Part shown: positions 34,817 through 45,052 of the stretch, piece by piece | Numbering within the stretch: position 1 is the stretch's first letter | How the letters are laid out: each line of letters starts with the position of its first letter | NCBI GenBank assembly: GCA_964445525.1 | Contig: CAYULA010000010.1 | Location: 1,158-65,157 of the forward strand | Source: an uncultured Thermoplasmatales archaeon | Lineage (GTDB): Archaea > Thermoplasmatota > Penumbrarchaeia > Penumbrarchaeales > Penumbrarchaeaceae | Direction of reading: 5' to 3' | Length of the DNA: 64,000 bases | Made by a program: the position numbers and the translations under genes | The notes under the pieces: model-generated | Databases searched by the model: none | What the model was told of the DNA's origin: nothing | What the model saw: only the letters and a program-made list of their open reading frames with translations

Positions 34817-36424
34817 ATGGCCAGTAACAATTCCAACAACGCCCTCGGAAAAGGTCTCAGGGCATTGATAAGAGAGAAAGAGGGCAGTCCTGAGAAGACC
34901 AAGTCAGACCTGGAATCAGAGCGGCATGCCAGGAACATGGAGTTTTACGGCTCTCTGGTAAAAAAATATGTAAGCTCCAGGATGGAAGATGACCTTCTGG
35001 AGGAAATGCTTGAAGACGTGAGATCCCATATGGGCATATCCCTCAAGGAACACCGCAACCTCATGAATACTTTGAAGAGAAGGGAGAATATCAAACACCT
35101 TAAGGGAGAGGAACAGGAGAGGGCCAGAAATGAGATCAAGGAGGAGCTGGCCAAAATATATCAACAGATACACGGAAAGGAAGCGTCCAGATCGGACAGA
35201 AACAGGTTTCTTAAGATAGAGAGGGAGCTTGAAGACGGTGAGAAAAAGAGAACCATTCAACTCTCCAATGGAACGCAGAAGAAGAAGCCCAAGGTAGCCA
35301 AGGTCATCAGGAGAAGGCTGATGGCCAGGAATCTTGATGACAGGGCAGGGATTTTGGAAAACGGCAGGAAGGATCGAAGGAGAGGAAGACTGGAGTGGCT
35401 CGAGGAGGATGATGAAAAGGCAATCAAGATGACTGCTCCCAAGAAAGGACTCGAGGACAGTGAAAAACCAATAAAGGCCACAGCTCCTCATGAGGGATTG
35501 GATGAAGAAAAGGAAACAATAATCGCTCCTTCTCCAAAGGATGGTATGGAAGAATCTAAGGAGATCCTCATGATGAGGGCCCCTGCCAGAGATCTCGAAG
35601 ACGGAGATAAGGCCATCGAGGCCCCTCCTCCAAAAGATGAGGCTGCATCCTCAAAAGCTCTTGAAATGCCACCATCCACGGTTCCTGCCGGTCCTGGACC
35701 CGGCTTCGAGATCGTGAAGGAAGGGATACAGGAAGAGAAGAGTATGGATCTCACCCCGGAACCGGAGATCACTCCCGATGATGAAACGGAAGAGAAAGAG
35801 GAGATGGAGGAAGAGTTAGAGGAAGAAGAGGAGGTTGAAGAACCTCAAGAGGAAAGGGAAGAATATGAAGATTCATTACTCTCGCTGAAGATGTTAATGG
35901 ATGAGGAAAACATTGATGAAGCATCATCCATGGCCGATCGACTGCTGGAAAGAAACCCGGAAGATGTTTCGGTCCTCAATGAGAAGGGTGTGATCCTTTA
36001 CAATCAGGGCAGGATAGATGAAGCCATATGGCTTTACCAGAAAATACTGGAAATGGATCCCGAATCCGTTGAAACTCTTATCAACTATGCAACGCTTCTA
36101 TCCATCAGAGGGGAGATAGACAATTCCCTGGAATGCCTGGACAGGGCTGTCAAAAAGGATCCCTATTCCGAGGATGCCTGGAATAACAAGGCAGTTGTTT
36201 TCACACGTGCAGGCAGATTGAGGGAAGCACTAGAATGCCTTGACGAAGCACTCAGGATCAATGAGAAGACGGCTTCTACCTGGATGAATGCTGGTATAAT
36301 ACTCGAGAAGATGGGCGAGATCGAACCTGCAATGGAATGCTACAAGAACCTGCTGGATCTGGAACCGGATAACGAAGTGGCTGCAAAGGGAATCCAGTAC
36401 TGCAGGTCCGTCCTGAACCGGTAA
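34817..36424 (+). CDS. TPR-repeat protein with charged low-complexity N-terminal half
   Basis: ORF listed from 34688. I prefer Met44 (ATG 34817), given the TATA-like box upstream and the 56-bp spacing to rpa otherwise. K/E/R-rich region, five or six ~16-aa tandem repeats, a poly-E tract, then about 5 TPR units (LERNPEDVSVLNEKGVILYNQGRIDEAIWLYQKILEMDP...). Confidence 0.7.
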   Translation: MASNNSNNALGKGLRALIREKEGSPEKTKSDLESERHARNMEFYGSLVKKYVSSRMEDDLLEEMLEDVRSHMGISLKEHRNLMNTLKRRENIKHLKGEEQERARNEIKEELAKIYQQIHGKEASRSDRNRFLKIERELEDGEKKRTIQLSNGTQKKKPKVAKVIRRRLMARNLDDRAGILENGRKDRRRGRLEWLEEDDEKAIKMTAPKKGLEDSEKPIKATAPHEGLDEEKETIIAPSPKDGMEESKEILMMRAPARDLEDGDKAIEAPPPKDEAASSKALEMPPSTVPAGPGPGFEIVKEGIQEEKSMDLTPEPEITPDDETEEKEEMEEELEEEEEVEEPQEEREEYEDSLLSLKMLMDEENIDEASSMADRLLERNPEDVSVLNEKGVILYNQGRIDEAIWLYQKILEMDPESVETLINYATLLSIRGEIDNSLECLDRAVKKDPYSEDAWNNKAVVFTRAGRLREALECLDEALRINEKTASTWMNAGIILEKMGEIEPAMECYKNLLDLEPDNEVAAKGIQYCRSVLNR

Positions 36425-36473
36425 GTCATTACAGAGATATCTCGGTTATCAGATTAACTGGCGAATTATTCTA

Positions 36474-37802
36474 TCAGACTATTCTCCATTTTTTGTATGC
36501 TTCCGTTCCCGGGGAGAAGCAGTAATGGATCGTCTGGAAATTGCTCTTGAATTCCTTGACTGCTTCCTTAACCTTGAGGGGGTCCTCTTTGTCGATAAGC
36601 ACACGTTTGAACAGGTCCGCAACCTCGCTCATATGGGATTCCTTCATGCCTATCCTGGTCAATTCCTGGGCTCCGAGTCTGAGACCCGAGGGTCTCATTG
36701 CGGTTCCGGGATCATCGGGTATGAGGTTCTTGTTCGTGATCATGTTTGCTGTCTCAAGATCCAGAGCGCAAGGAGCACCTCCTCCCTGTTCGCTGACATC
36801 CAGAACCATGGTGTGCGACCTGGTGAATCCGTGTTTTTCTCCCAAGACATTGAACCCTCTCTCATGTAAAGCCTGGGCAAGCGCATTGGCATTTCTGATG
36901 ATCTGATCAGCGTATTCGGAGCCGAACTGTATGTGCTCCGCAAATGCGACTCCCTTGGCAGCCATTGTCATCAGATGATGCGATGAATGGGTTCCTGGGA
37001 ATATTCTTCTCCTGACTGCTTTCCACTGGTCCTCGTCCCTGGGATTTCCAATGACAACACCGCCCTGTGGGCCGGGAAGAGTTTTGTGGGTGGAACCGGT
37101 CATAATATGGGCTCCTTCTCTGAGAGGATCCTGGAACTTACCGCCCGCAATCAAACCAAGCACATGGGCTCCGTCATACCAAACATGGCAGCCAATCTCC
37201 TGGAGGGTGTCCTGCAGTTCCTTTATGGGAGCTGGGAAAAGGAATACTGACCTGCCGAAGAGGCAAAGTTTGGGTTTGTGTTCCAGCAGAAGCTTTCTGG
37301 TGGCATCCACATCTATATTCATGAGATCGTTGTCCCATACATAGGTCATCTCCTCGCCGCCCCTGAGCCCTCCCGCACCGAATTTGGCGGATGATATATG
37401 GGCTCCGTCGTTTAGATTCGGAGCGAAATAGAGGTCCCCGGGTTTGATGAATGCAAAGAATGCCGAGATGTTAGCGGTCGTCCCGGAGATTGGCCTCACA
37501 TCCGCATTTGGTGCTTTGAACAGCCTCTTGGCAAGTTCCTCCACACGGTTTTCCACTTTGTCCACGTAGATGTTGCCATTATAGTACCTCTTTCCAGGAA
37601 GACCCTCCGCGTACCTATCAGTGAAATCGCAAACCTGGAGCTGCCTTGCAAGAGGCGAAACCAGATTCTCGGACGCAATCATGCAGAGTGAGTCGTGGAA
37701 CCAATCGGTGTGGGTGTCGATCTGCTCATAGATGTATTTTACATCCTCGTTATCCGGAATATCAAGCGTCATCATCATACCTCTACGGGTGTAGGTCCGC
37801 AT
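36474..37802 (-). CDS. glyA: serine hydroxymethyltransferase
   Basis: 442 aa. MIASENLVSP and the PLP-lysine motif GSTHKTLPGPQGG. Confidence 0.93.
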   Translation of the reverse strand: MRTYTRRGMMMTLDIPDNEDVKYIYEQIDTHTDWFHDSLCMIASENLVSPLARQLQVCDFTDRYAEGLPGKRYYNGNIYVDKVENRVEELAKRLFKAPNADVRPISGTTANISAFFAFIKPGDLYFAPNLNDGAHISSAKFGAGGLRGGEEMTYVWDNDLMNIDVDATRKLLLEHKPKLCLFGRSVFLFPAPIKELQDTLQEIGCHVWYDGAHVLGLIAGGKFQDPLREGAHIMTGSTHKTLPGPQGGVVIGNPRDEDQWKAVRRRIFPGTHSSHHLMTMAAKGVAFAEHIQFGSEYADQIIRNANALAQALHERGFNVLGEKHGFTRSHTMVLDVSEQGGGAPCALDLETANMITNKNLIPDDPGTAMRPSGLRLGAQELTRIGMKESHMSEVADLFKRVLIDKEDPLKVKEAVKEFKSNFQTIHYCFSPGTEAYKKWRIV

Positions 37803-37906
37803 CAGACATTAACATTTCCGATTCCATCAGGTTACGGACGGTTACAGACCATTCAAAAACAATATTACCCAATAACCGTTCTGTTTATTTGTTGAAAGCA
37901 AAGCAT

Positions 37907-39538
37907 ATGATCCAAGAGAAGGAAAAAAACCATGAACCGAACATAGTTCTGGCAAAGGCTGTTAGAGAGATCGCCAATGCCTTATTGGAAAAAAGAATAG
38001 AGGACAGGAATTCACTTCAATCATTCAAACTGGTTGTTTCCAAGAAATACGGATTGAGCAGTATTCCGACCAATTCCGCGATCCTTTCCCATCTCAGGGA
38101 ATTGGACTCCGGGATCGATGCCTCAATATCGGATCTCCTCTTAAAGAAGCCATCCAGAACATTATCGGGTGTTGCCGTTGTTGCGGTGATGACCTCGCCC
38201 CATGACTGTCCCCACGGCAGATGCTCCTTCTGTCCGGGAGGAACAGCAAAAGAAATTCCCACACCCCAGTCTTATACGGGAAGGGAACCGGCTGCCATGA
38301 GAGCGGCGATGAACGAATATGATCCTTTCAAACAAACATCGAACAGACTGAAGCAGCTGGATGAGATCGGACATCCCACGGACAAGGTAGATCTGATCCT
38401 GATGGGTGGAACCTTGACCGCAAGGGATCGAAAATACCAGGATTTTTTTGTAAAGGGATGTCTGGATGCCTTGAACGGAACTGTTTCGAGATCGGTTCGG
38501 GAGGCCCAACTCCTCAATGAGACCTCGGAACACAGGTGTATCGGAATGACCTTCGAGACCAGACCCGATCATTTCGGACCTGATCAGTGCGGCACAGTTC
38601 TGGAACTGGGTGGCACCAGAGTGGAGCTCGGTGTTCAATCAGCTTTCGACGAACCACTGGATTTCTGCTCGAGGGGACACGGAACTGCGGAATCCATAGA
38701 GGCAACCAGAATCGCAAAGGACTCCGGACTCAAGGTAGGATACCACATAATGCCCGGTCTCCCCGGATCGACCAAGGAAATGGATATCGAAAGCGCCCGG
38801 ATGATCTTTGAAGAATCAGGATACAGTCCGGATATGATCAAGATCTACCCCACTCTGGTAGTGGAGGGAACGGAGCTTTTCGATCTTTGGAGGAGAGGGG
38901 AATACCATCCATTGACAACGGAGGAAGCAGCGGAGATTGTAGCGGAGATCAAGAGGATAACCCCTCCGTGGGTCAGGATACAGAGGGTTCAGAGGGACAT
39001 CCCCACACCGGTCATCGAAGCAGGTGTGGACAAGTCCAACCTCAGGCAGGTTGCGGGTGATCTGATGGAGCAAAAAGGTTGGAAGTGCAGGTGCATCCGG
39101 TGCAGAGAGATAGGCCACAGGCAACGAGACGGGGTGGAGGATTATACTTCTAAGGATTTCCGGCTCATGCATCGAATCTACAAAGCCTCGGGGGGAGTGG
39201 AGCATTTCATATCAACGGAGAATGAAGAATCCGATTCCCTCCTGGGTTTCGTCCGATTAAGGGAGCCGTCGAAAGAATCCGCGATACATGATGACGAGGG
39301 AGCTTTCGTCCGCGAGCTCAAGGTTTTCGGCAGGATGGCCCCTCTCGGTGAAAGGAACCCTGGAACATGGCAGCACAAGGGGACGGGCAGAATGCTCCTT
39401 GCGGAGGCTGAAGAAACGGCCAGGGACAAACTCGGAAAGAAAAAGATACTGGTAACCTCGGGAATAGGGGTTCGGGAATATTATCGTAACCTGGGTTATG
39501 TTCGTGAAGGCCCTTACATGATGAAGCGACTGAAATGA
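37907..39538 (+). CDS. elp3: Elp3-type radical SAM / GNAT tRNA-modifying enzyme
   Basis: Radical-SAM cluster CPHGRCSFCPGG and a C-terminal GNAT region (QHKGTGRMLLAEAE). Start moved from 37646, which overlaps glyA, to ATG 37907 (MIQEKEK...), with TTTATTT about 20 nt upstream. Confidence 0.9.
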   Translation: MIQEKEKNHEPNIVLAKAVREIANALLEKRIEDRNSLQSFKLVVSKKYGLSSIPTNSAILSHLRELDSGIDASISDLLLKKPSRTLSGVAVVAVMTSPHDCPHGRCSFCPGGTAKEIPTPQSYTGREPAAMRAAMNEYDPFKQTSNRLKQLDEIGHPTDKVDLILMGGTLTARDRKYQDFFVKGCLDALNGTVSRSVREAQLLNETSEHRCIGMTFETRPDHFGPDQCGTVLELGGTRVELGVQSAFDEPLDFCSRGHGTAESIEATRIAKDSGLKVGYHIMPGLPGSTKEMDIESARMIFEESGYSPDMIKIYPTLVVEGTELFDLWRRGEYHPLTTEEAAEIVAEIKRITPPWVRIQRVQRDIPTPVIEAGVDKSNLRQVAGDLMEQKGWKCRCIRCREIGHRQRDGVEDYTSKDFRLMHRIYKASGGVEHFISTENEESDSLLGFVRLREPSKESAIHDDEGAFVRELKVFGRMAPLGERNPGTWQHKGTGRMLLAEAEETARDKLGKKKILVTSGIGVREYYRNLGYVREGPYMMKRLK

Positions 39539-39608
39539 CCTGTTTTCTACAAGTGATAATGGTTTGAAATCTTTAATATCCAGACATATATTTTGATGGA
39601 TTGATATC

Positions 39609-39995
39609 ATGTCCGTGATGCAGGAGAGAAGGACCGTTCTCGTAGTCGATGACGAACCTTTCATAGCCGATGTTGAAAAGGTACTGCTGGAGAGGAGCGG
39701 GTACATTTGCAGGGTAGCCCACGATTATGATTCGGCAGTGCAGGTCCATGAGGAAATGAATCCCGACATTGTTCTGTTGGACCTAAGCATGAACGGGAAG
39801 AACGGAATGGATATACTCGAATCCATGCATGAAAAAGGAGAATCCGAGGTCTACATCGTTTCCGGTGTCAACGATCCGGATGTTGTAGAGCGCTGCATGG
39901 AAAAAGGAGCAAAGGGTTATCTCCTCAAACCCTTCAAGGCCAGGGAACTTGTCCAACTGATAGGCGGTAAGATCGAAAAGACCGACAAGGAATGA
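39609..39995 (+). CDS. stand-alone response-regulator receiver domain (CheY-like)
   Basis: 128 aa. VLVVDDEPF, DIVLLDLSMNGKNG (phospho-acceptor Asp) and GYLLKPF (conserved Lys). Confidence 0.88.
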   Translation: MSVMQERRTVLVVDDEPFIADVEKVLLERSGYICRVAHDYDSAVQVHEEMNPDIVLLDLSMNGKNGMDILESMHEKGESEVYIVSGVNDPDVVERCMEKGAKGYLLKPFKARELVQLIGGKIEKTDKE

Positions 39996-39999
39996 TATT

Positions 40000-40854
40000 T
40001 CATATTCCCGCGATCTTCAATCCCATCTCTTGCGCTGCTTCCTCAACTCCCTCGAGCATTTCCATATTCCTTTTCGATCGGTGGATAAAAACATACTCAG
40101 CTCCCTTTGTTGAATCCATAGCAAGCCTCATGTGCCTTGGTAGATCATCATCGCTTGAAAGAATGTAATCGGGGATCATGTGGCCGAAAGCAAATTTGTT
40201 CCTCATTGCCCTGTCGGTGAACCTGGGAGCGTAATGACCCCCGCCCAGACCGATAGCCACGGGTAAATCCTTATCATTTTCGGGGAAGGATTCCGAAAGC
40301 AGCGCTCTGGCTATGGCCTCCCCCAGAAGGGGGATTCCCCATCTCTCGGGATCGGATCCTATCTCAATGAAAAAACAGGGAGATGAGACAACAGGGCCGT
40401 GATGTGTTACCTCGAATGTTGTCTGGTCCTTCAATCCCAGTGTCTTCTTTTCTCTATAGAGTGATTTCAAAGCGGAGGTCATTTCCCGGGGAGCGGATGG
40501 TGGAAGATATCCCGGTCTGCCTCCATGATCAGCGGAAAGGTAATTCCCGGGAGGATGGACCGTCAAGCTTCTTATCTCCCTTTCCGAGCTGTGTTTCGAA
40601 AGGAAAACAAGCAGATCAAGTGGGAAGTTTCCATCGGGCCGAAGTTGAGCGACATCCGAAAGCTCCAGATCAATGAAATTTCGGATCTCCCGATCGATCC
40701 CGTCCAGATAAAGATGCAGTCCATCCTTTTCAAAGAGCAGCAAATCATTGAACAATCTTACGGGACTGTTATTGAAGGATCCGATAATCTCGAAATCGGC
40801 CAGTTCCACCAGTCTGTCCCTGATGTTGACGGAAGCTTCGTCTTCAGTGCACAT
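40000..40854 (-). CDS. dtdA: archaeal-type D-aminoacyl-tRNA deacylase (DTD2)
   Basis: 284 aa. Motifs SLTVHPPGN and FEVTHHGP are characteristic of the DtdA family. The N-terminus looks slightly short. Confidence 0.8.
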   Translation of the reverse strand: MCTEDEASVNIRDRLVELADFEIIGSFNNSPVRLFNDLLLFEKDGLHLYLDGIDREIRNFIDLELSDVAQLRPDGNFPLDLLVFLSKHSSEREIRSLTVHPPGNYLSADHGGRPGYLPPSAPREMTSALKSLYREKKTLGLKDQTTFEVTHHGPVVSSPCFFIEIGSDPERWGIPLLGEAIARALLSESFPENDKDLPVAIGLGGGHYAPRFTDRAMRNKFAFGHMIPDYILSSDDDLPRHMRLAMDSTKGAEYVFIHRSKRNMEMLEGVEEAAQEMGLKIAGI

Positions 40855-40881
40855 AAGGAGGACCTTTAGCGTATTAACACC

Positions 40882-42108
40882 TCAGAATACCCTCGAGTCC
40901 TTTTCAATGGTACCGGATGCATGAGTTCCTGGACCTACTCTGGAACCGCCGAAGAGTATGGTTCCCGGATCCAGGGTGGCATTGATTCCGGTCTTGACAT
41001 CATCACCTATTATTACACCCAGTTTTCTTCTACCGGTATCCATCCTTTTTCCCTTCAAAGTCACGGGTACATTACCATCATCAAGTCTGAGATTGGCCAC
41101 TTTGGTACCGCTTCCAAGATTGCAGTCAGAACCGATAATGGAATCACCGACGTAGTTATGATGAGGAATATTGGATCTGTCCATAATTATGGAGTTCTTT
41201 ATCTCCGATGCGGCACCCACCTTGGATCCTTTGCCGATGTAAGTACTTCCTCGTATGTAGGAATTGGGCCCTACAACCGCATTCTCGTCGATAATGACAT
41301 TTCCCTCGATATAGGTTCCCGATTTTATCCTTGCACCCTTTCTCAATATGACATTACCGTGAAGGTGGACGTTCTCTTCAATATCACCCTGGATATCCTC
41401 CGCCAGGTCCTTCATGAATATCTCGTGGGCGTTTAATAGGTCCCAGGGAGATCCTATGTCCACCCAGGGTTCCCGGGGAACAAGGGCATAAACATCCTCC
41501 TTTTCCATGACCATCTCAAGGGAATGGGTGATCTCATATTCGCCTCTTGGAGAAAGCGGGGTTCTTTCGATAACATCGAATATGTCCGGCTTGAAGATGT
41601 AGATGCCACCGTTTATCAGTCCTTTTTTCCTTTCACCGGATTTTTCCACGATGGCTTTGACCTTCTCCCCGACAAGTTCAACGAGTCCGAACCGGGAGGC
41701 GTCCTCCACCTCGATAAGTGTCATCAGGTTTCCACCTGTCTCTCGGAATTTGGATAGGAGAGACGAAATAAGATTACGGCTAACTATCACATCCCCGTTC
41801 AGGCAAATGAAAGGATCCTTCATTGTGTCTTTTGCCATACCAACAGCATGAGCGGTTCCCAGTCTTTGGGGCTGAAGCAGATACTCGATGTTAACACCCA
41901 GATCCGAGCCGTCACCAAGGTGCTCCTTTATCGAAACACCATGATATCCGGTAAGAATCGCAATATCGTTGATGCCAGCATTCTTCAGAGCCATTATAGT
42001 ATGCTCGAGGAACGGCCTTCCCGCTACCGGTAGCATCGGTTTGGGCCTGTTCTCGGTGAGAGGGCCCATTCTTTTTCCTTCTCCTGCAGCTAGGATCAGA
42101 GCTTTCAT
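40882..42108 (-). CDS. bifunctional sugar-1-phosphate nucleotidylyltransferase / acetyltransferase (GlmU-like, left-handed beta-helix C-terminus)
   Basis: N-terminus MKALILAAGEGKRMGPLTENRPKPMLPV (NTP-transferase G-loop). C-terminal hexapeptide repeats. Start trimmed from 42252 to ATG 42108. Confidence 0.88.
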   Translation of the reverse strand: MKALILAAGEGKRMGPLTENRPKPMLPVAGRPFLEHTIMALKNAGINDIAILTGYHGVSIKEHLGDGSDLGVNIEYLLQPQRLGTAHAVGMAKDTMKDPFICLNGDVIVSRNLISSLLSKFRETGGNLMTLIEVEDASRFGLVELVGEKVKAIVEKSGERKKGLINGGIYIFKPDIFDVIERTPLSPRGEYEITHSLEMVMEKEDVYALVPREPWVDIGSPWDLLNAHEIFMKDLAEDIQGDIEENVHLHGNVILRKGARIKSGTYIEGNVIIDENAVVGPNSYIRGSTYIGKGSKVGAASEIKNSIIMDRSNIPHHNYVGDSIIGSDCNLGSGTKVANLRLDDGNVPVTLKGKRMDTGRRKLGVIIGDDVKTGINATLDPGTILFGGSRVGPGTHASGTIEKDSRVF

Positions 42109-42498
42109 AGATGATTCCCCGTTTTTGGAAGGTGCAACCCTTACTAAATCCTTTTGAAGGTAAAAATTCCATTCATATGAATAATCGATTACAATCAAGA
42201 GCATGAATTTTCCTTTAACATATCTACAAAATAACCTCGTTTTCCAATGCAAGTGTAAATATAAATGGAAAATTCAAGATGTCCAGATATGATATTGAGA
42301 CACAGGTATATGTTGGACTGCATTGTTGCTGTTGCAAAGGTCCAGAAGACAAAGGGGTTCTAATCACGGATTTCAATTTTTTACAGTGAGAGTGAAATTA
42401 TCCGTAAAAATGTGGGGCCAGAAGCAAGAGTTTAAATAGCCAGGCATCGATGCAGTAAGGGGTAGGGGAATTAGCTACCCTCTTCGGAGGATGAAAAA

Positions 42499-42717
42499 AT
42501 GGCAATGACCAAGATAGATATGGGAACGGCGAAGAAGATAGCCACAGATAAGAATCTCAAGCCTGGCATGGTGGTAGGGACAGAAGGTGTCCAGTTTACA
42601 AAAGGCAACAACAAGAGGCTCGAGGTTATAAGCTGGGGAGACTTCGAAAACACCCTTGACAAGAGAGGACTTGCAGTCTATGAGTCCAAGGGCTGGATGA
42701 AGATAATGAAAAGGTAG
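42499..42717 (+). CDS. small conserved-looking hypothetical protein
   Basis: 72 aa. GGAGG lies 8 nt upstream of the ATG, and a TTTAAATA box sits at 42431-42438. No family recognised. Confidence 0.5.
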   Translation: MAMTKIDMGTAKKIATDKNLKPGMVVGTEGVQFTKGNNKRLEVISWGDFENTLDKRGLAVYESKGWMKIMKR

Positions 42718-42746
42718 ATCTCAAGCTTCGGGCGGCCACCGCCAGG

Positions 42747-44108
42747 TCAATCGGAGGATTCTCTTCTTACCAAAAGATTGGCAGTCCATGAAAAGAGGAG
42801 AAGAGATATTGTCGAAACAGTCAGGGGAATGAAAAGGAGTGAACCTTCCCAGTATCCGAGATTATCCAGGATGTGCAAAATAACCACCAAAGAACCTCCT
42901 GCAGTAAAGGAAGCAATGGCTCCATATTTGTTCAAACCTATCCTTATTTTCCAGAATGAAAGAAGGACGGCGGGAACCATACCTGCAGAGAAAATGGTGT
43001 AGGTCAATGTTAGGGTGGAGATAATCCCAGGCGATTGAAAAGCAACAACGTAGGAAACCGCACCAATTATCATTATCGTTAATGGCCTGATCCATCCCTT
43101 TTTGCTCTTCAAGAGGTCCCAGGACAGAAATGTCGCTGCGGAAATCAGGCATGAATCCGCAGAAGATAGCATTATTGATAAAAGACCGATCAGTACTACA
43201 ACCGAAAGAATCGGAGGTAAAAGATCCATGGATGCCGTTGGTAGAAGTGATCCTCCAGATACCTCGTCTCCGTAGAGGGAAACTCCGAGGAGGGCAATGG
43301 TTGCCACCGTTATTGAAACCAGAAGACGTATGGAGCCTCCAACCACGGCTCCCCTGCCTGCGTGGGCGGGAGATCTCGCAGAAAAAAGTTTTGAATAAAT
43401 ATCCGGACCCACCAGATTCGACAGGAACATCACCAGGAAAGCGGAGATTACCAGAGATGACCCGAATCCATTCGATGTTGGGAAATCCAGGGATTTGGTT
43501 TCAATCCTCGAGCCATTTGATATAAGGGCGAACAGGATCGCAAGAAGCGAGAATGCGATTAGTGATATCTGTACCTTGTCAGTTTTCACAACCGCCATCT
43601 GACCGCCTATTGCGGTATATGCCGTTATCATCGAGGCGGATAAAAGCAGTGTGATGCCGCTGTCAAAATTGAGAGCTGCATTCAGGATGAAGTTGGAAGC
43701 CTGGATTAGCAGTGCCACCCAACCGATCTCGACCGCAATGAGTAGAAAGGATGATGCTGCTTTTCCGGTTTTCCCGTAGGACAAGCCTATAAGGTCCGGG
43801 AGGGAATGAGCACCTGTTGCCCTTACCTTGGGACCCAACCAAACACCAAGAAGAAGTAACCCAGCAATTCCACCGATGTCATACCAGAGACCTGCCAGGC
43901 CATACTGGTAAACAAGGGAGCAAGTTACGATCACCGCCGATCCTCCCACAACGGTGGCTCCTATTGTCAAACCAACAGATCTGGAATCAAGGGATCTGGA
44001 TGCCAGAAAGAAATCCGATAGGGTCTTAACCTTCCTGTTAACGAAACCCAGCAGGATCATTGAAGAGAGATAGAGAACCAATAGCGAAAGGAATACCCAC
44101 TCGATCAT
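42747..44108 (-). CDS. sodium:solute symporter family-like transporter
   Basis: 453 aa, about 12-13 hydrophobic helices. N-terminal pattern FFLASRSL....GLTIGATVVGGSAVI..C..VYQYGLAGLWYDIGG resembles SSF permeases. Confidence 0.6.
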   Translation of the reverse strand: MIEWVFLSLLVLYLSSMILLGFVNRKVKTLSDFFLASRSLDSRSVGLTIGATVVGGSAVIVTCSLVYQYGLAGLWYDIGGIAGLLLLGVWLGPKVRATGAHSLPDLIGLSYGKTGKAASSFLLIAVEIGWVALLIQASNFILNAALNFDSGITLLLSASMITAYTAIGGQMAVVKTDKVQISLIAFSLLAILFALISNGSRIETKSLDFPTSNGFGSSLVISAFLVMFLSNLVGPDIYSKLFSARSPAHAGRGAVVGGSIRLLVSITVATIALLGVSLYGDEVSGGSLLPTASMDLLPPILSVVVLIGLLSIMLSSADSCLISAATFLSWDLLKSKKGWIRPLTIMIIGAVSYVVAFQSPGIISTLTLTYTIFSAGMVPAVLLSFWKIRIGLNKYGAIASFTAGGSLVVILHILDNLGYWEGSLLFIPLTVSTISLLLFSWTANLLVRRESSD

Positions 44109-44197
44109 CGGGGGTCCATCAGGAGTTGGTATTTATCTCTTGTCCGTTTCCTTTCATTTTCCGAAAGATATAATATCGTCTTACCGGAATAAACACC

Positions 44198-45034
44198 ATG
44201 GAGCTTCCCGAGGTTCCCAGAAAAGGTGTGGTAATCGGAATTGTCATTGTTATCATATTGGCGATCGGAGCTTATCTCCTGTTTTTCAGGGGCAGCGGAG
44301 GGATAGATGACGGAGGTGATGGTGATGATGGAACCACCAACAGATCACCCATTGCAGATTCCGGTCCTGATATTACCGTCGCACCGGGAGAGACCTTCTA
44401 TCTGAACGGCTCCCTTTCGTCAGATCCTGACGGGGATCCTCTGAATCATTACTGGGACATGGATATCGGAACCGATTCCAACGGTGACGGGATATTCGAT
44501 AATGACAGAAACAGGGAAGGGGTCAATATATCCTTTTCATATCCCGCCACAATCGAGGAAAGCACTGAGTTCATTGTCACTCTTAACGTGACAGAGGACC
44601 GCACAGATCCTCTCTGGGATCATTCCACTGTAACGGTGAGGGTCCTGGTGCAAGAGGAACCTCTCCCTCCCCCCGATGTGGAGCTCTCCTGCAGTTTCGT
44701 GACTCCTCCCTTCGGGCTTCCTGGAAGTCCCCAGTTCGTTTTGACGGTGACATCAGCCAGCCGCGATGAGTTCATATCGAATTATACATATGCGCTGGAG
44801 GACCCCGAGGGTGATGTGATAAGAGAGGGAGACGTGATCGACCTCATCAACCTCAGCCAGTCGGCGGAGATAAGGTTCATCGATACTCCTACCCTTACCT
44901 ATCTTGATGGAAGCACCGACAGCTTCTCTTTGAAAGAGGGAGAAGAAATTATCGAGGGATGCAGATTCTATCTCTTTTACATGGATATAAGGACAGGAGC
45001 TGTTGAAGCGGGTTCCGTTGAGCTAACGAAGTAA
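44198..45034 (+). CDS. N-terminally anchored PKD-domain protein
   Basis: 278 aa. TM VVIGIVIVIILAIGAYLLFF, then a PKD-like segment NRSPIADSGPDITVAPGETFYLNGSLSSDPDGDPLNHYWDMD. Confidence 0.65.
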   Translation: MELPEVPRKGVVIGIVIVIILAIGAYLLFFRGSGGIDDGGDGDDGTTNRSPIADSGPDITVAPGETFYLNGSLSSDPDGDPLNHYWDMDIGTDSNGDGIFDNDRNREGVNISFSYPATIEESTEFIVTLNVTEDRTDPLWDHSTVTVRVLVQEEPLPPPDVELSCSFVTPPFGLPGSPQFVLTVTSASRDEFISNYTYALEDPEGDVIREGDVIDLINLSQSAEIRFIDTPTLTYLDGSTDSFSLKEGEEIIEGCRFYLFYMDIRTGAVEAGSVELTK

Positions 45035-45052
45035 AAAAAATCCTGAAATCCA

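Noticed and set aside
37646-37906. N-terminal 87-aa extension of the Elp3 ORF
   Set aside because: It overlaps the 5' end of glyA on the other strand and translates to unconserved R/S/C-rich sequence. ATG 37907 gives a normal Elp3 N-terminus with a TATA-like box upstream.
42109-42252. 48-aa N-terminal extension of the GlmU-like ORF (and similarly 26311-26409 for the subtilase)
   Set aside because: The nucleotidyltransferase G-loop MKALILAAGEG normally sits at the extreme N-terminus. For the protease, the extension would overlap iscU, and the signal peptide begins at Met34/35.
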